Source of the DNA: Nitrospirota bacterium
GTDB taxonomy: Bacteria; Nitrospirota; UBA9217
Assembly (NCBI GenBank): GCA_963790205.1
Contig: CAWBNQ010000010.1
Location: forward strand, 93,948-157,947
Direction of reading: 5' to 3'
Length of the DNA: 64,000 nt
The translations under genes were made by a program, and so were the position numbers. How positions within the stretch are numbered: position 1 is the stretch's first letter; every line of letters begins with the position of its first letter. Below, piece by piece: positions 27,143-36,878 of this stretch. The notes beneath the pieces are model-generated. The model was not told where the DNA came from, did not search any database, and saw only the letters and a list, made by a program, of their open reading frames with translations.

Positions 27143-27940
27143 TTACTTTTCCAAAGACTCGTAGGTCTCTCTCGGCGACGGCGGGTTCTGGCCGTGGCAG
27201 TCCGAGCAGTTGTTCTGAGAGGTAATGCCGTTCGCGATAACATTGTAGAGCGGCTTGTGTTTCGGTTTATACGACCCGGTATCATGGTACTCGTTCAGCA
27301 TCCCGGCCGCTTCCATAGCAACGTTTGCTGCCATGCGGGCGCACCGCTCCTGCCGCTCATTCGTCAGGAAGCCGACTCCTTCCGCCCGCATCCACTTCCC
27401 AACGGAAATATGGCAAATGGGGGTCCCGGACATGGTCATATGCTTGATCGGGGCCTTCTGCACCTTTGCCGGCGTGAAGCTCGGCAGGTCCGTATACGAA
27501 TAATAAAAAGCAAGGTCATTGGTCATTGCTTCGGCTACGTCGGTGTCCTTGGTCACGAGACCGATGATTACTCCCGCGCCGGGCATGGTGCCGCACAGCG
27601 TGCCCCAGCCCGCGAACCCGCCGTGCGCCCATCGGTAGGCATCAATCGGAAAATCATTCCATCCGGCCGCGCCCTTCTTCTTCAGGTTCTCGGCAAAACC
27701 GGCAATGACCGAGGACGTGCACCATCTCTTGAAGTAGTTATCATATGTTATTTGGCCTACTTCGCGCGGGTCCAGCTTTGCATACTTGAATACCGCCGCT
27801 CCCGTGTTTTCGTAAGCATCAGATTTTTTTACCGCGCTGAGGACTGCCATGGATGCTATCGCAGCGCCTGCCGCGATCTTTCCGCCGGTGATCAGCATAT
27901 CTCTTCTGGAAAGTTCATTTTTCGTTTCCGTGCTATTCAT
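27143..27940 (-). CDS. Tat-exported C-GCAxxG-C-C family / split-Soret cytochrome c-like protein
   Basis: SRRDML Tat motif; GFAGWGTLCG, PICHISVGKW, ERCAR; C-terminal CSDCH. Confidence 0.8.
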   Translation of the reverse strand: MNSTETKNELSRRDMLITGGKIAAGAAIASMAVLSAVKKSDAYENTGAAVFKYAKLDPREVGQITYDNYFKRWCTSSVIAGFAENLKKKGAAGWNDFPIDAYRWAHGGFAGWGTLCGTMPGAGVIIGLVTKDTDVAEAMTNDLAFYYSYTDLPSFTPAKVQKAPIKHMTMSGTPICHISVGKWMRAEGVGFLTNERQERCARMAANVAMEAAGMLNEYHDTGSYKPKHKPLYNVIANGITSQNNCSDCHGQNPPSPRETYESLEK

Positions 27941-28236
27941 GATATAGCCTCCTGCCACGTGAGATTATTCAATGCGTTGCAGCATTGAAGATTGATTTGC
28001 CGTGCACAATTGAAAAATACGAATTTCACCATCGGGAGTCGAAAAAACGACTCGGCTTCGATCACATCATCATGTGCGAGCATGAGATCGCGGATATGCC
28101 GAAGCGGAGCCGAGCTTAAAGGGGAGGAATGTCCGTAACGGACAATCCGTGCGCAGACGTACGCACGCACGTATGCCTGCGCTGTTATGAAATTAAAAGC
28201 TCTCGACTTCGGTTTTTGTGATGAGAGGGCTGCTGA

Positions 28237-28521
28237 TCAGGCTTTAGGGGGACGTTCGTCTTGAAAAATGATGACTGAAGGTTTAAAAAGGGGATTCGCG
28301 ATTTCAGCAACTTTGTTCAATGCTAACGGAAGAGGACGGCATGCACATTCGTTTATACAGGGCATATCGCCGTTCGAGGAAAGGGCCGGCGTTGTCGAGT
28401 GGCAAACGTCGAGGGCACCGATTGCCGCCATCGCGCCGTGATCAGACAGAAAAGGCAACGAGGGTGGAACAGCGATACTGAGGGCGATTGCCGTAAGAAC
28501 GATTAATGCTTGCCATTTCAT
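28237..28521 (-). CDS. Small exported Cys-rich protein ending in RPP (DUF2946/CruR/CutF-like leader candidate)
   Basis: Hydrophobic N-terminus; LDVCH, PCINECAC; C-terminal FQDERPPKA. Confidence 0.6.
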   Translation of the reverse strand: MKWQALIVLTAIALSIAVPPSLPFLSDHGAMAAIGALDVCHSTTPALSSNGDMPCINECACRPLPLALNKVAEIANPLFKPSVIIFQDERPPKA

Positions 28522-28814
28522 GGTTGCAACAGAATACATAGAAACGAAGAGCGAAGTCAAGCTATAATTCTAAATTTAGATTCATTATCCATCTTCCGTT
28601 TCATGCTCTATTCTTGCATTCTCATCATCCAAGCTCTTTCCCCGTCGCCATGGTGAGTTTATCGTGTTTGACTCTTGATATAGACCCTTGCAAGTTCCCT
28701 TTGCCTAATTCGTGAACCCATGATTGCAATAAGCATGGATGGTGCCGCGAGAGACGGTAAAAAAGATGCATATACTTGATCCGCCTTCTTGGACTTTGAC
28801 GTTAGCCGGTTTTG

Positions 28815-28889
28815 TGCGATATCAGAAATAGGGGGTCAGTTGTTTTTTCAGGCTTTGACGCGCCCGCTGGATCAGGGATTCGACCGCGG
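28815..28889 (-). pseudogene. ECF sigma 3'-end remnant (copy B)
   Basis: Encodes AVESLIQRARQSLKKQLTPYF* plus downstream bases shared with the intact gene. Confidence 0.88.
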
Positions 28890-29027
28890 GATTGGAGGGG
28901 AGCGGGCTTCTTACTTACACGGAGCAGAGCGAACCATTTCATGTGCTGCAATATGCCTTGCAGCATCGAACATCATGCTGATACAGTTCACCAGGGCCAG
29001 ACCTGTGAAGATCTATCCCGGGGACCG

Positions 29028-29405
29028 CTATTCGTAAAACTCGCCGCGCTCAAACATAGGGTAATGCTTCTTGTTCATTGTCCAGAGTTTGAAAACGTTC
29101 ACTTTCGCGGCCGCTCCGACGAGGGCGTCCGCCATGGTCACCGAATGCGACTTGCCGTAGGTGTGAAGAAACTCGCCCGCGAGTTTCCCCATCCTCCTGT
29201 CGATATCAAGGATATTCAACGCATCGATAAACGTCTCCAGCTTGACTTTCTCTTTGGGCCGCATTCCGGAATATAATTCCGCCACCTGCACCGGCGTGAT
29301 AAAGACATGCCCGTTTGTCTCAAGGAGGGTGTTTTTAAAGCGTTCCACGAGGGCCTGGTCCTGCCTCAGTATCCAGATGAGAATATCGGTGTCGGCCACT
29401 ACCAT
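29028..29405 (-). CDS. vapC: VapC-family PIN-domain toxin
   Basis: VADTDILI, AELYSG, ADALVGAAA, TMNKKHY. Confidence 0.9.
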   Translation of the reverse strand: MVVADTDILIWILRQDQALVERFKNTLLETNGHVFITPVQVAELYSGMRPKEKVKLETFIDALNILDIDRRMGKLAGEFLHTYGKSHSVTMADALVGAAAKVNVFKLWTMNKKHYPMFERGEFYE

Positions 29406-29635
29406 GCCTTCCGGTCCCTTCGCGCGGCGCGGATGAACCCGTCAACGTCAAATTGCCTGTCCCTCCAAAGGCCGCTTACGCTGTCCGTCGCCCTGAGCAT
29501 CTTTTCCACCCTGCTGCTCAGCTTTTTTTGCACGCTCTCCCGGATGATTTCCGATATAGAGAGGCCTTTGAGTCTGCTTTCCTTTTTCAAGTTCCCGTAG
29601 GTCTTGTCATCGATATAGATTTGGGTGCGTTTCAT
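29399..29635 (-). CDS. Ribbon-helix-helix (CopG-type) antitoxin
   Basis: MKRTQIYI..SISEIIRE..GLWRDR; overlaps vapC. Confidence 0.88.
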   Translation of the reverse strand: MKRTQIYIDDKTYGNLKKESRLKGLSISEIIRESVQKKLSSRVEKMLRATDSVSGLWRDRQFDVDGFIRAARRDRKAW

Positions 29636-29852
29636 GTTCCGCCTCCGGTATGATGTATATATACATTATACTAAAAATATTATTCAAAGGCAACCGAAAC
29701 CTTATTATTGATGCGTTTTCCATGACGGTGAATGAGGATCCTGGTCATGCTATGCCTTGCTGATCATCTCCACCAGTTCATCGTGCTTCTTTTCCGATAT
29801 CTTCTTTCCCGGCAGGGTCCGGAACAGGATCGGCAGGCTTGTTTATGCGATG

Positions 29853-30413
29853 TCAAAGATAGGGGCTCAATTGTTTTTTCAGGTTTTGGCGTGCCCGCTG
29901 GATCAGGGAGTCCACCGCGGACGCGGAGATGCCCATTATCCTGCTGATCTCTTCGTAAGAGAACTCGTTGTATTGCCTTAAAAGTATTGCTATCCTCTGA
30001 TTTCCCGGGAGGTTTTGGATTGCCTTGCGAACCGCTGCGCTCAGTTCCGAATTTTGAGCCGCTTTTTGGGGCGAGAAGGCCTCAGGAGCCGTGATGGGAT
30101 ATTCCTGCTCATGCAGGTCTGACAGATCGACAAGCTTCGGATTGTTCTTATTGTCCCTGAGTTCATTCAAGCACAGGTTCGTGGCTATGGTAAAAAGCCA
30201 GGTTTTGAATTTTGCCTGCGGCTTATAGTCCTTTGCAGCCTTGAATACCCGCAGAAATACTTCCTGGGCAATATCCTCCGCCGAATCCCTGTCTCCCGTA
30301 AACCGTGCGATAAAACTTATTAAAGGTTTATGATGGAGTTCAACGATGGTCCGGAATGCCGCCAGGTCCCCCCCGGCAACGTCTGTCATTATTTTTGCTT
30401 CAGGTTCCTTCAT
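29853..30413 (-). CDS. ECF RNA polymerase sigma factor
   Basis: AEDIAQEVF, FKTWLFTIATNLC, LPGNQR..SYEEIS..AVDSLIQRAR. Confidence 0.93.
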   Translation of the reverse strand: MKEPEAKIMTDVAGGDLAAFRTIVELHHKPLISFIARFTGDRDSAEDIAQEVFLRVFKAAKDYKPQAKFKTWLFTIATNLCLNELRDNKNNPKLVDLSDLHEQEYPITAPEAFSPQKAAQNSELSAAVRKAIQNLPGNQRIAILLRQYNEFSYEEISRIMGISASAVDSLIQRARQNLKKQLSPYL

Positions 30414-30468
30414 CTGCGGGTAATTCTGCCTTAAAAGGAGCAATGAAGCAAGTGGTTTGATCACGCAC

Positions 30469-30501
30469 AAAAAAGGGCGGGATTTATTGCCTCCCGCCCT
30501 T
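30469..30501 (-). terminator. Intrinsic terminator
   Basis: AAGGGCGGGA/TCCCGCCCTT stem followed by T6 on the minus strand. Confidence 0.75.
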
Positions 30502-30520
30502 CTCATTACAATTCAATAAA

Positions 30521-31333
30521 TTACTTTTTAACCATCGGCGCTGTCGGAATGTTTGTCCCGTGGCATTCAGTGCAATCCTGCTGCGCCGTGATCCCCATAT
30601 CTCTGACAGGCGCCCAATTCGCCTTTGAAACATACTTGCCGTCCTTCCAGTCGTTCAAATGCTGCACAAGCTGGTAGGCAACGCTCGCTGCGACCCTGGC
30701 GCACCGGTCTTTCCGTTCCGGACTGACAAAAGCATAGCCGGATGCTTTCATCCATTTGCCGACCGATACATGGCAGAGAGGCGACTGGCTTGTAGTCTGT
30801 ATGATCTTTGTTTTCTGTTTCGGCTCCTTGGGGAGGTACACGGGAAGCGGCGTGTTGGAATACCAGTCCATTGTTTCAGACCCGATTAAAGCTCCATTTT
30901 CACAATCCGGTCCTGCGATCCGCGGGCCGATAATAACATTGCTGACTATATTTGCGCCCGCATTGGAGCCGCAGATCGTGCCCCATCCCGCCATGCCGCC
31001 TTCGAGAAAAACAAAAGCGTCGCTCGGAAACGACTTGTAGGGCTCGCCCACTTTTTCACGGAGCTGGCTGAACACGCTGTTGATGACCGCCGCGCCGCAG
31101 AAGACCCGATACCATTCGTTATATGCGATATCAGCGGTCTTTTCGGGGTCGAGTTTTACATAGGGCCAGGGCCACTTTTCCGTCGTGCCGCCAACAGCTT
31201 CGGCTTTGGATGTAAAACCGGGAAATGCAGATGCCAGTGCCGTGATGCCTGCGACTCCGGCAGCGCATTTCCCCGCGTTAATGAGAAGACCTCTTCTGGT
31301 TATTGCCATACCGGACTTTTTTTCCCCTTCCAT
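30521..31333 (-). CDS. Second Tat-exported split-Soret cytochrome c-like protein
   Basis: TRRGLL Tat motif; GMAGWGTICG, PLCHVSVGKW, DRCAR; C-terminal CTECH. Confidence 0.82.
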   Translation of the reverse strand: MEGEKKSGMAITRRGLLINAGKCAAGVAGITALASAFPGFTSKAEAVGGTTEKWPWPYVKLDPEKTADIAYNEWYRVFCGAAVINSVFSQLREKVGEPYKSFPSDAFVFLEGGMAGWGTICGSNAGANIVSNVIIGPRIAGPDCENGALIGSETMDWYSNTPLPVYLPKEPKQKTKIIQTTSQSPLCHVSVGKWMKASGYAFVSPERKDRCARVAASVAYQLVQHLNDWKDGKYVSKANWAPVRDMGITAQQDCTECHGTNIPTAPMVKK

Positions 31334-31392
31334 GTTTTCCTCCTCGATATCTGGATTTGAGTTTCTATTCGGTGCTTGAACTCTTCATATGA

Positions 31393-32079
31393 TCATGGAT
31401 TTTTGTCAAGCCGGCCGTCCTTCAAGTGGTAAACACGGTCAAACCCCTCGATCATCCGTACGTCATGCGTCACCACGATGACCGCCGACTGGTTCTCCCT
31501 CGCGATCTTCTTCAACAGCTCCATTACCCTCTTCCCCCTGCCGGTGTCGAGGGAGGCCGTCGGCTCGTCGGCGAGGATCAGTTTCGCCTTGTTCGCCAGC
31601 GCGCGCGCGATGGCAACGCGTTGTTGTTCGCCGCCGGAAAGACGCGCCGGCAGGTAGTCCGCACGGTCCGCGATCTCCATGTATTCCAGAAGCTCCATAA
31701 CCCGGCGGTCCGCTTCTTCTTTTTTCATGTCCACCAGGCTCAAAGGGAAGAACACGTTCTGCCGGGCGCTCAGGAAGGGGATGAGGTTGTGAGACTGGAA
31801 GATAAAGCCTATTTTTTCACGGCGCAGGCGGCGGATGTCCGGAGCAGGCCCCCCATTCTTGAGGAATATGTCCCGGCCGTCAAAAACGATCCTCCCTCCC
31901 GTCGGGTCCAGGATCAGACTGATGCAAAGAAGGAGGGTGGTCTTGCCCGACCCGCTCGGTCCCAGGAGCGCCACAAGCTCGCCCTGCGAAACAGACAGAT
32001 TGATGTCTTCGAGCGCCCTGACCTCGAGGTGCCCGGACCCGAAAATCTTGGACAGGCCTTCGACTTTGAGAATCTCCAC
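31393..32079 (-). CDS. ABC transporter ATP-binding protein (LolD/MacB-like)
   Basis: [27 protein letters not shown]. Confidence 0.95.
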   Translation of the reverse strand: MEILKVEGLSKIFGSGHLEVRALEDINLSVSQGELVALLGPSGSGKTTLLLCISLILDPTGGRIVFDGRDIFLKNGGPAPDIRRLRREKIGFIFQSHNLIPFLSARQNVFFPLSLVDMKKEEADRRVMELLEYMEIADRADYLPARLSGGEQQRVAIARALANKAKLILADEPTASLDTGRGKRVMELLKKIARENQSAVIVVTHDVRMIEGFDRVYHLKDGRLDKNP

Positions 32080-33278
32080 TAATCGCCTCCCAAAGCCATG
32101 GCGGGTTCGGTCCGCAGCGCATGCAAAAGCCCCAGGGTACTGGCAAGGATCCCCCCCGCGAAAGCCACGATGAACGTGAGAAGGTCGTCGCCCGGCACCC
32201 TCAGGATGGTCCTCGGGAACATCTGGTAGGTGTTCTGGATCAGGAGCCAGGCGAACAGGAAGGCGCTCACCGTCAGAAGGAGCGATTGTTCCATGATCAT
32301 GCGGATGATCACTGAATTCGGGGCGCCGATGAGTTTCATTACGGCAATACTGCGGATTTTCTCCATGGTAAAGGTATAGACAACCAGGGAAATAATAACG
32401 ACGGAAATGATCAGGAGGAGGGTCCTGAACAGCAGAAGCTGCTTGGTCATGCTGGCCAGCCGCCCCTTGAGCATCAGTTCGATCTCTTCCTGAGTGGTAA
32501 ATGCGGAGAGGTACTGCCAGTGCTCGATCCGGCGCCCTATACCGGCACGATCAGCCCCGGGTTTTAATCGGACCAGGATGGCATTGATAATGTGGGTGTC
32601 GGGCCGCAAGAGCGTGAGCAATTTTCCGGCCTGGCTTGGCGATAAGGAGCTCTGCCCGGCAAGGGCACTGACCGACCGTTCCTGCTGGCTGCGCACCTCT
32701 TCGTTGTCTCTTTGATAAAGCACTTCCTGGGCGTCGGGCAGGGAGAGATACACCAATGCTTCTCCATCCGAAGAGACGGCCTCTTTGGTCAGCCCTACCA
32801 CCGTATAGGTATGCAGACCCAGAGGGATCCTGTCTCCGATATGCGCTCCCAGCTTGGCATGAGCGACCATCTCGTAATGGGCCTGCTGGATGCCTCTGCC
32901 TGCAAAAATCTTCTGTGGCCCGCCGAGTCCGCCGAAGACATCATATCCGACGATGCTGAAATGCCGGCTTATTCCCGCTATCGGCCTTTCCACGGTATAG
33001 TAGATAAAAGGACTCGCCTTCTCCACGCCGGGGATAGCCGTGATGCTGTAATGGTAAAATTCCGGAAGGGTGGACTGCTCGTTAAAGGGCCCGCCCCGGT
33101 ATCGTTCCACGACCCACAGATCGGGACTGGTAGCATTGATCAGGGCCAGGCCCTCGAAGATGTTTCCCCGATAGAGGCCGTTCATGGCCAGGACGATGGT
33201 GAACAGCAGGCCCACGCCCACGATAGTGGCAATGAACCGCACTTTATGAAGCTTCAGGTCATGTATTGCTAAATCCAT
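32079..33278 (-). CDS. ABC transporter permease (MacB/FtsX-like)
   Basis: One TM, large periplasmic domain, three TMs; IAVMKLIGA. Confidence 0.9.
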   Translation of the reverse strand: MDLAIHDLKLHKVRFIATIVGVGLLFTIVLAMNGLYRGNIFEGLALINATSPDLWVVERYRGGPFNEQSTLPEFYHYSITAIPGVEKASPFIYYTVERPIAGISRHFSIVGYDVFGGLGGPQKIFAGRGIQQAHYEMVAHAKLGAHIGDRIPLGLHTYTVVGLTKEAVSSDGEALVYLSLPDAQEVLYQRDNEEVRSQQERSVSALAGQSSLSPSQAGKLLTLLRPDTHIINAILVRLKPGADRAGIGRRIEHWQYLSAFTTQEEIELMLKGRLASMTKQLLLFRTLLLIISVVIISLVVYTFTMEKIRSIAVMKLIGAPNSVIIRMIMEQSLLLTVSAFLFAWLLIQNTYQMFPRTILRVPGDDLLTFIVAFAGGILASTLGLLHALRTEPAMALGGD

Positions 33279-33339
33279 AATCTCCTTCGATGTCCGGCTT
33301 CGATGCCGTGCTCCGGGTGGAATTCATTATCCGCCGTCA

Positions 33340-34500
33340 TTACCGGTACTGTTTCTCCATGCCCGACTTGATCTCGGGTTTTATTTTTCTGCCCGGCTCG
33401 ATTCCTGCCGGATTGATGATTACCCTGTCTCCTTCTTTGATCCCCTCCAAAACAGCGACCCGTTGTCCGTCCTGCAGCCCGGTAACGACGGGGCGGAACC
33501 CGGTTATACCGTCGGAAATCACCATCACTCCTTTGGCTCCGTTCCGCTCCGTTACGGCGGACAAGGGCACAACAGGAGCGGTCTGAATGCCCGTATCAAT
33601 ATCAACCTCGGTTTCTTCGCCGATGACCAGGGGGGCGGGAAGAGTGTCGAACAGCACATCCACCTCCAGTTCACGCGTCACGCTGTCCGCTTCCCTGTTG
33701 AGGCGCGTGACTGCTCCGGGGAAAACCCGCCCTGAGCGCAGCGTGATTACGGCTTTCTGTCCCTCGTGCAATTGGGCTATCTTGGTCTCGTCGATCCATG
33801 AGGCCGCCCAGATCTGGTAATTCACCATTTGAAAAATGGGCGCGCCGGGAGACACGGTATCACCCGCTTCCGCCTTGCGCACGATGATGATGCCGTCCAT
33901 GGGGGCCACAATGCGCGCATAACCGGAGAGCGCTTCAGCCGCATGAGTTTCCGACTCCGCCTGGCTTACAGCCGATTCCATGGCATTCACGGCTGCCTGC
34001 TGAGCGGCGACATCGCTCTCTGCCACGCCAAGAGCGTTCTTCGTAGTGTCGAACGCAGCCTGGGAGATGTAGCCGGGCTTGAAGACTTCCAGGTCCCGCT
34101 GATAGTTGCTCCGGGCCAGGGCGAGGTTGGCCTGGGCCTTTACCAGGTCGGCCTTGGCACGGCCGAGGTCCCGCTCTGCGCGGCTTTTGGCGGCATGGGC
34201 CGCGGCCTCCCTCGCCCGCAGTTCGGCAGAATCCAGTTCAGCCAGGAGCATGCCCTTCCGCACCTTGTTTCCCTGGTCCGCATAGAGCTTCGTTATGATG
34301 CCCGTTATCTTGGTGCTCACCGTCACCGGCACCTTCGACTGCACGGTGCCGGGCCCGTGAACACTGCCGTGAATATCCGCTTTTTTCACCACGATTGCAG
34401 CTGCGCTCGGATGGCGCAGAAACATCCGGTAGCTGATAAAAAACAGGGCAAGAACGGCAACAGCGGCGATCATAATAATTTTTTTCCCTGGCAACTTCAC
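33340..34500 (-). CDS. Efflux periplasmic adaptor (MacA-like membrane fusion protein)
   Basis: Lipoyl halves KITGIIT..G.KV.KG and IVAPMDG flanking a coiled coil. Confidence 0.9.
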   Translation of the reverse strand: MKLPGKKIIMIAAVAVLALFFISYRMFLRHPSAAAIVVKKADIHGSVHGPGTVQSKVPVTVSTKITGIITKLYADQGNKVRKGMLLAELDSAELRAREAAAHAAKSRAERDLGRAKADLVKAQANLALARSNYQRDLEVFKPGYISQAAFDTTKNALGVAESDVAAQQAAVNAMESAVSQAESETHAAEALSGYARIVAPMDGIIIVRKAEAGDTVSPGAPIFQMVNYQIWAASWIDETKIAQLHEGQKAVITLRSGRVFPGAVTRLNREADSVTRELEVDVLFDTLPAPLVIGEETEVDIDTGIQTAPVVPLSAVTERNGAKGVMVISDGITGFRPVVTGLQDGQRVAVLEGIKEGDRVIINPAGIEPGRKIKPEIKSGMEKQYR

Positions 34501-35930
34501 TTTTCCCGACCTCCATTCTCTTGTTCCCCTGCGGTAAAGCGCTGTTTCGATCCCGCGATTTGTTCGACCCGCGCCCGCGCGATTTCGTAATACACCGCGT
34601 ACCTGATGAAATCGAACCGGGATGCTGTCAGGTCCACCTGTGCCTGCAGCACATCCAAACCGATTGCCTTTCCATAGCGGTAAAGGGTCTCGGCGCTTTT
34701 ATACGCCTCTTCCCTGGCAACCAGGATTTGCTGCGTGGCAGTCACGCCCTGACGGGCATTTTCCCACGCCCTCCATGCGGTTGACAAATCCACGTGGAGA
34801 CCATTGAGGCGGTCCCTCTTTTGTTCGATCGACTGAAGGTACCGGGAGTCGGCCGCCGTGGTCCGGGCCTTCGTCAACCCGCCCTCAAAAAAGGGAAACT
34901 CTAAAAAGACCCCGGCCATCCATTCGTCCCTGCTACCTCCTGTGTCCTGGTGGCGCCTCCCAACGTTTCCCTGGAGGCTGACTTCCGGGAAGTAGCCTCC
35001 CTCTGCGGCCCTGGCAAGGGCACGGCTTTGCTCGACCTCCAGATCGAGCCGTCTGATTTCCGGATTGTTTTTCAACGTCTCCCGCCACAACGAGTCAATC
35101 CCGGGGGCCGGCATGAATTCCCGGGGCAACCCTTCGCGGATGTCCACTGCCGCCCGCTCTTTCAGGCCCATGGTCCGGACCAGGATTTCGCCTGCCAGAG
35201 AGACGGCGTTGTCAGCTTCCGTTCCGGCCAGCTCCGCATCCGATACCTGCGCTTGTGCCCTGAGTGAGTCGAGCCTGGTCGCCTTGCCGGCCTTGAAAAA
35301 GGCCTCGGTAAGAACGGCAAAATCCTGCCTTTGTTTCAAAGCCTCCGTAGCCGTCTTCAGGTCCTCTTTGGCCTCCAGAAGACGGTAGAAGGCTTCGGTA
35401 ACGGCGTACGTCACCTCGTCGGCGGTCCTCAGTTCCTCCTGCCTCTGCGCGTCCGCGCCGATTCTTGCGGCCTGCGTGTCGTATCGTGTTTTCCCTCCGT
35501 TGAAGAGGACCTGTTTGCCGGTAACGCTTACCAGCCCTTCCTCTTTGAACAATGCCATAGTCGGATTGCCACCTCCGGGCGACAACCGGTCCGGGTTCGA
35601 TCTTTCATAGTGGGAGACCAGGGCAAGCTTCGGGAAAAATTCCGATCGGGCAGCCTGATAGTCCGCGAGCAATTCCCGGACTCTTTCCGTTGCCCCGCTC
35701 AGGAGCGGGCTGTTTCCCCGTGCGAGTGCAAGGCAGTCTTCGAGGCTAAGCGACTGATACGCGCCGTCTTTGGCCGTTTCAGCCCGGGCATTCACCGACA
35801 TTGTGAATAAGAGGAATAAGCAGAGAACAAGGAATTGCACGCATGTTCCGGGGCTGTCTTCTGTGCATTTCGACCGGAGAAATCCGCGCTGTGACGGTCC
35901 AAGATCGGTCAGTTTTTCGATGACAGACAT
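34497..35930 (-). CDS. TolC-family outer-membrane efflux protein
   Basis: LSLEDCL, FFPKL, YFPEVSL, PFFEGG, LDVLQAQ; start uncertain. Confidence 0.9.
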   Translation of the reverse strand: MSVIEKLTDLGPSQRGFLRSKCTEDSPGTCVQFLVLCLFLLFTMSVNARAETAKDGAYQSLSLEDCLALARGNSPLLSGATERVRELLADYQAARSEFFPKLALVSHYERSNPDRLSPGGGNPTMALFKEEGLVSVTGKQVLFNGGKTRYDTQAARIGADAQRQEELRTADEVTYAVTEAFYRLLEAKEDLKTATEALKQRQDFAVLTEAFFKAGKATRLDSLRAQAQVSDAELAGTEADNAVSLAGEILVRTMGLKERAAVDIREGLPREFMPAPGIDSLWRETLKNNPEIRRLDLEVEQSRALARAAEGGYFPEVSLQGNVGRRHQDTGGSRDEWMAGVFLEFPFFEGGLTKARTTAADSRYLQSIEQKRDRLNGLHVDLSTAWRAWENARQGVTATQQILVAREEAYKSAETLYRYGKAIGLDVLQAQVDLTASRFDFIRYAVYYEIARARVEQIAGSKQRFTAGEQENGGREK

Positions 35931-36391
35931 CCCACCTGCCTCCCGCTTTTCATCGCCTGTTCTATCAGATCGAAGAACTTCTGCTGCTGGTCTAAGTCGA
36001 GAGACGACTTTATCTCAAGCATGTGGCCGACGATCATCCGCTGCATCTCCTCCTGTTTTCCGCTTATCTCCTTGATCGTGGCATCGATCGTCTTCTTGTC
36101 GGGATTTTGAGACCGCATGAACTCTACCAGTTCTTTTCTCTTCGTGTCTATCTCCAGCCTGCGCCGGTCGATCTCCGCGCGAAAGGGTATGGCCTTGTTT
36201 TTCATCGCAGTCAATTGTTCCGGCTTCAGGGACAGCTCTTCGAATAGGAATTTGTCCTTCTCCATGACCTTGCCGAAGGGCGACACCCAGTATCGGGACT
36301 GCTGATAATAATGGTATCCGGCGGTTGCGAATACCGTCAGGTTCAGAATCAGGGAAGCGGCCAGGGCGAATTTGAGGAGGCTATTTTTCAT
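35909..36391 (-). CDS. Spy/CpxP-like periplasmic heavy-metal sensor protein
   Basis: SLILNL TM; LSLKPEQ and LDLDQQQKF. Confidence 0.8.
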   Translation of the reverse strand: MKNSLLKFALAASLILNLTVFATAGYHYYQQSRYWVSPFGKVMEKDKFLFEELSLKPEQLTAMKNKAIPFRAEIDRRRLEIDTKRKELVEFMRSQNPDKKTIDATIKEISGKQEEMQRMIVGHMLEIKSSLDLDQQQKFFDLIEQAMKSGRQVGCLSSKN

Positions 36392-36833
36392 GACCAACCT
36401 CCGTCATGGCAAGATACGCGCCGCCCAAGGTTCCGGGAGGAGTGGCATCGAACAGATCGAGAGAAAGGGACGATGCAATGTTCGTCGTCTTCGCCGCCAG
36501 GGAGCTGATCGTCATGATCTTTCCTGTGAGAACGCCAACGGTAATGACAATAAGCAGAACTGCCGCCTCCGTGAATCTGATGAAAATCGGGACGAACCAC
36601 GGCGACTTCTTTCTCTCCAGCTCTGCGGTTCGCGCCATGACCCTTGCGGCGAATCCGTAGGGGGCTTGATGACGCTTCGTTGTTGAGAATGCCGCGCGAA
36701 AAGATTGCAGCTCTTCAAGCGCATATGAACATCTGTCGCAGCCTTGTAAATGGGCTTCAAATGCGGTCTTTTCACCGAACCCCAATTCTTTGTCAAGGTA
36801 TGCCGAGATAAGTTTTGACTTTGGACAACTCAT
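36381..36833 (-). CDS. Zinc-binding (zf-HC2) anti-sigma factor
   Basis: ISAYLDKEL..EAHLQGCDRC; one TM; FDATPPG tail similar to the other anti-sigma. Confidence 0.88.
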   Translation of the reverse strand: MSCPKSKLISAYLDKELGFGEKTAFEAHLQGCDRCSYALEELQSFRAAFSTTKRHQAPYGFAARVMARTAELERKKSPWFVPIFIRFTEAAVLLIVITVGVLTGKIMTISSLAAKTTNIASSLSLDLFDATPPGTLGGAYLAMTEVGHEK

Positions 36834-36851
36834 TTTTATCTCCTATCCTGT

Positions 36852-36878
36852 TAAACGATCTACTAAGGATTTTGTTCC
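36852..36878 (-). promoter_or_regulatory. Putative ECF-type promoter overlapping the sigma gene 3' end
   Basis: GGAAC-N16-CGTT just upstream of the anti-sigma RBS. Confidence 0.5.

Noticed and set aside
29750..29830. Minus-strand RKKKHDELVEMISKA* resembling a CsoR/RcnR tail
   Set aside because: Too short to support without a search.
23748..29921. Sigma-end repeats as a CRISPR array or integron attC sites
   Set aside because: They are coding-derived and irregularly spaced, with no cas or intI genes and no RYYYAAC/GTTRRRY pairs recognised.
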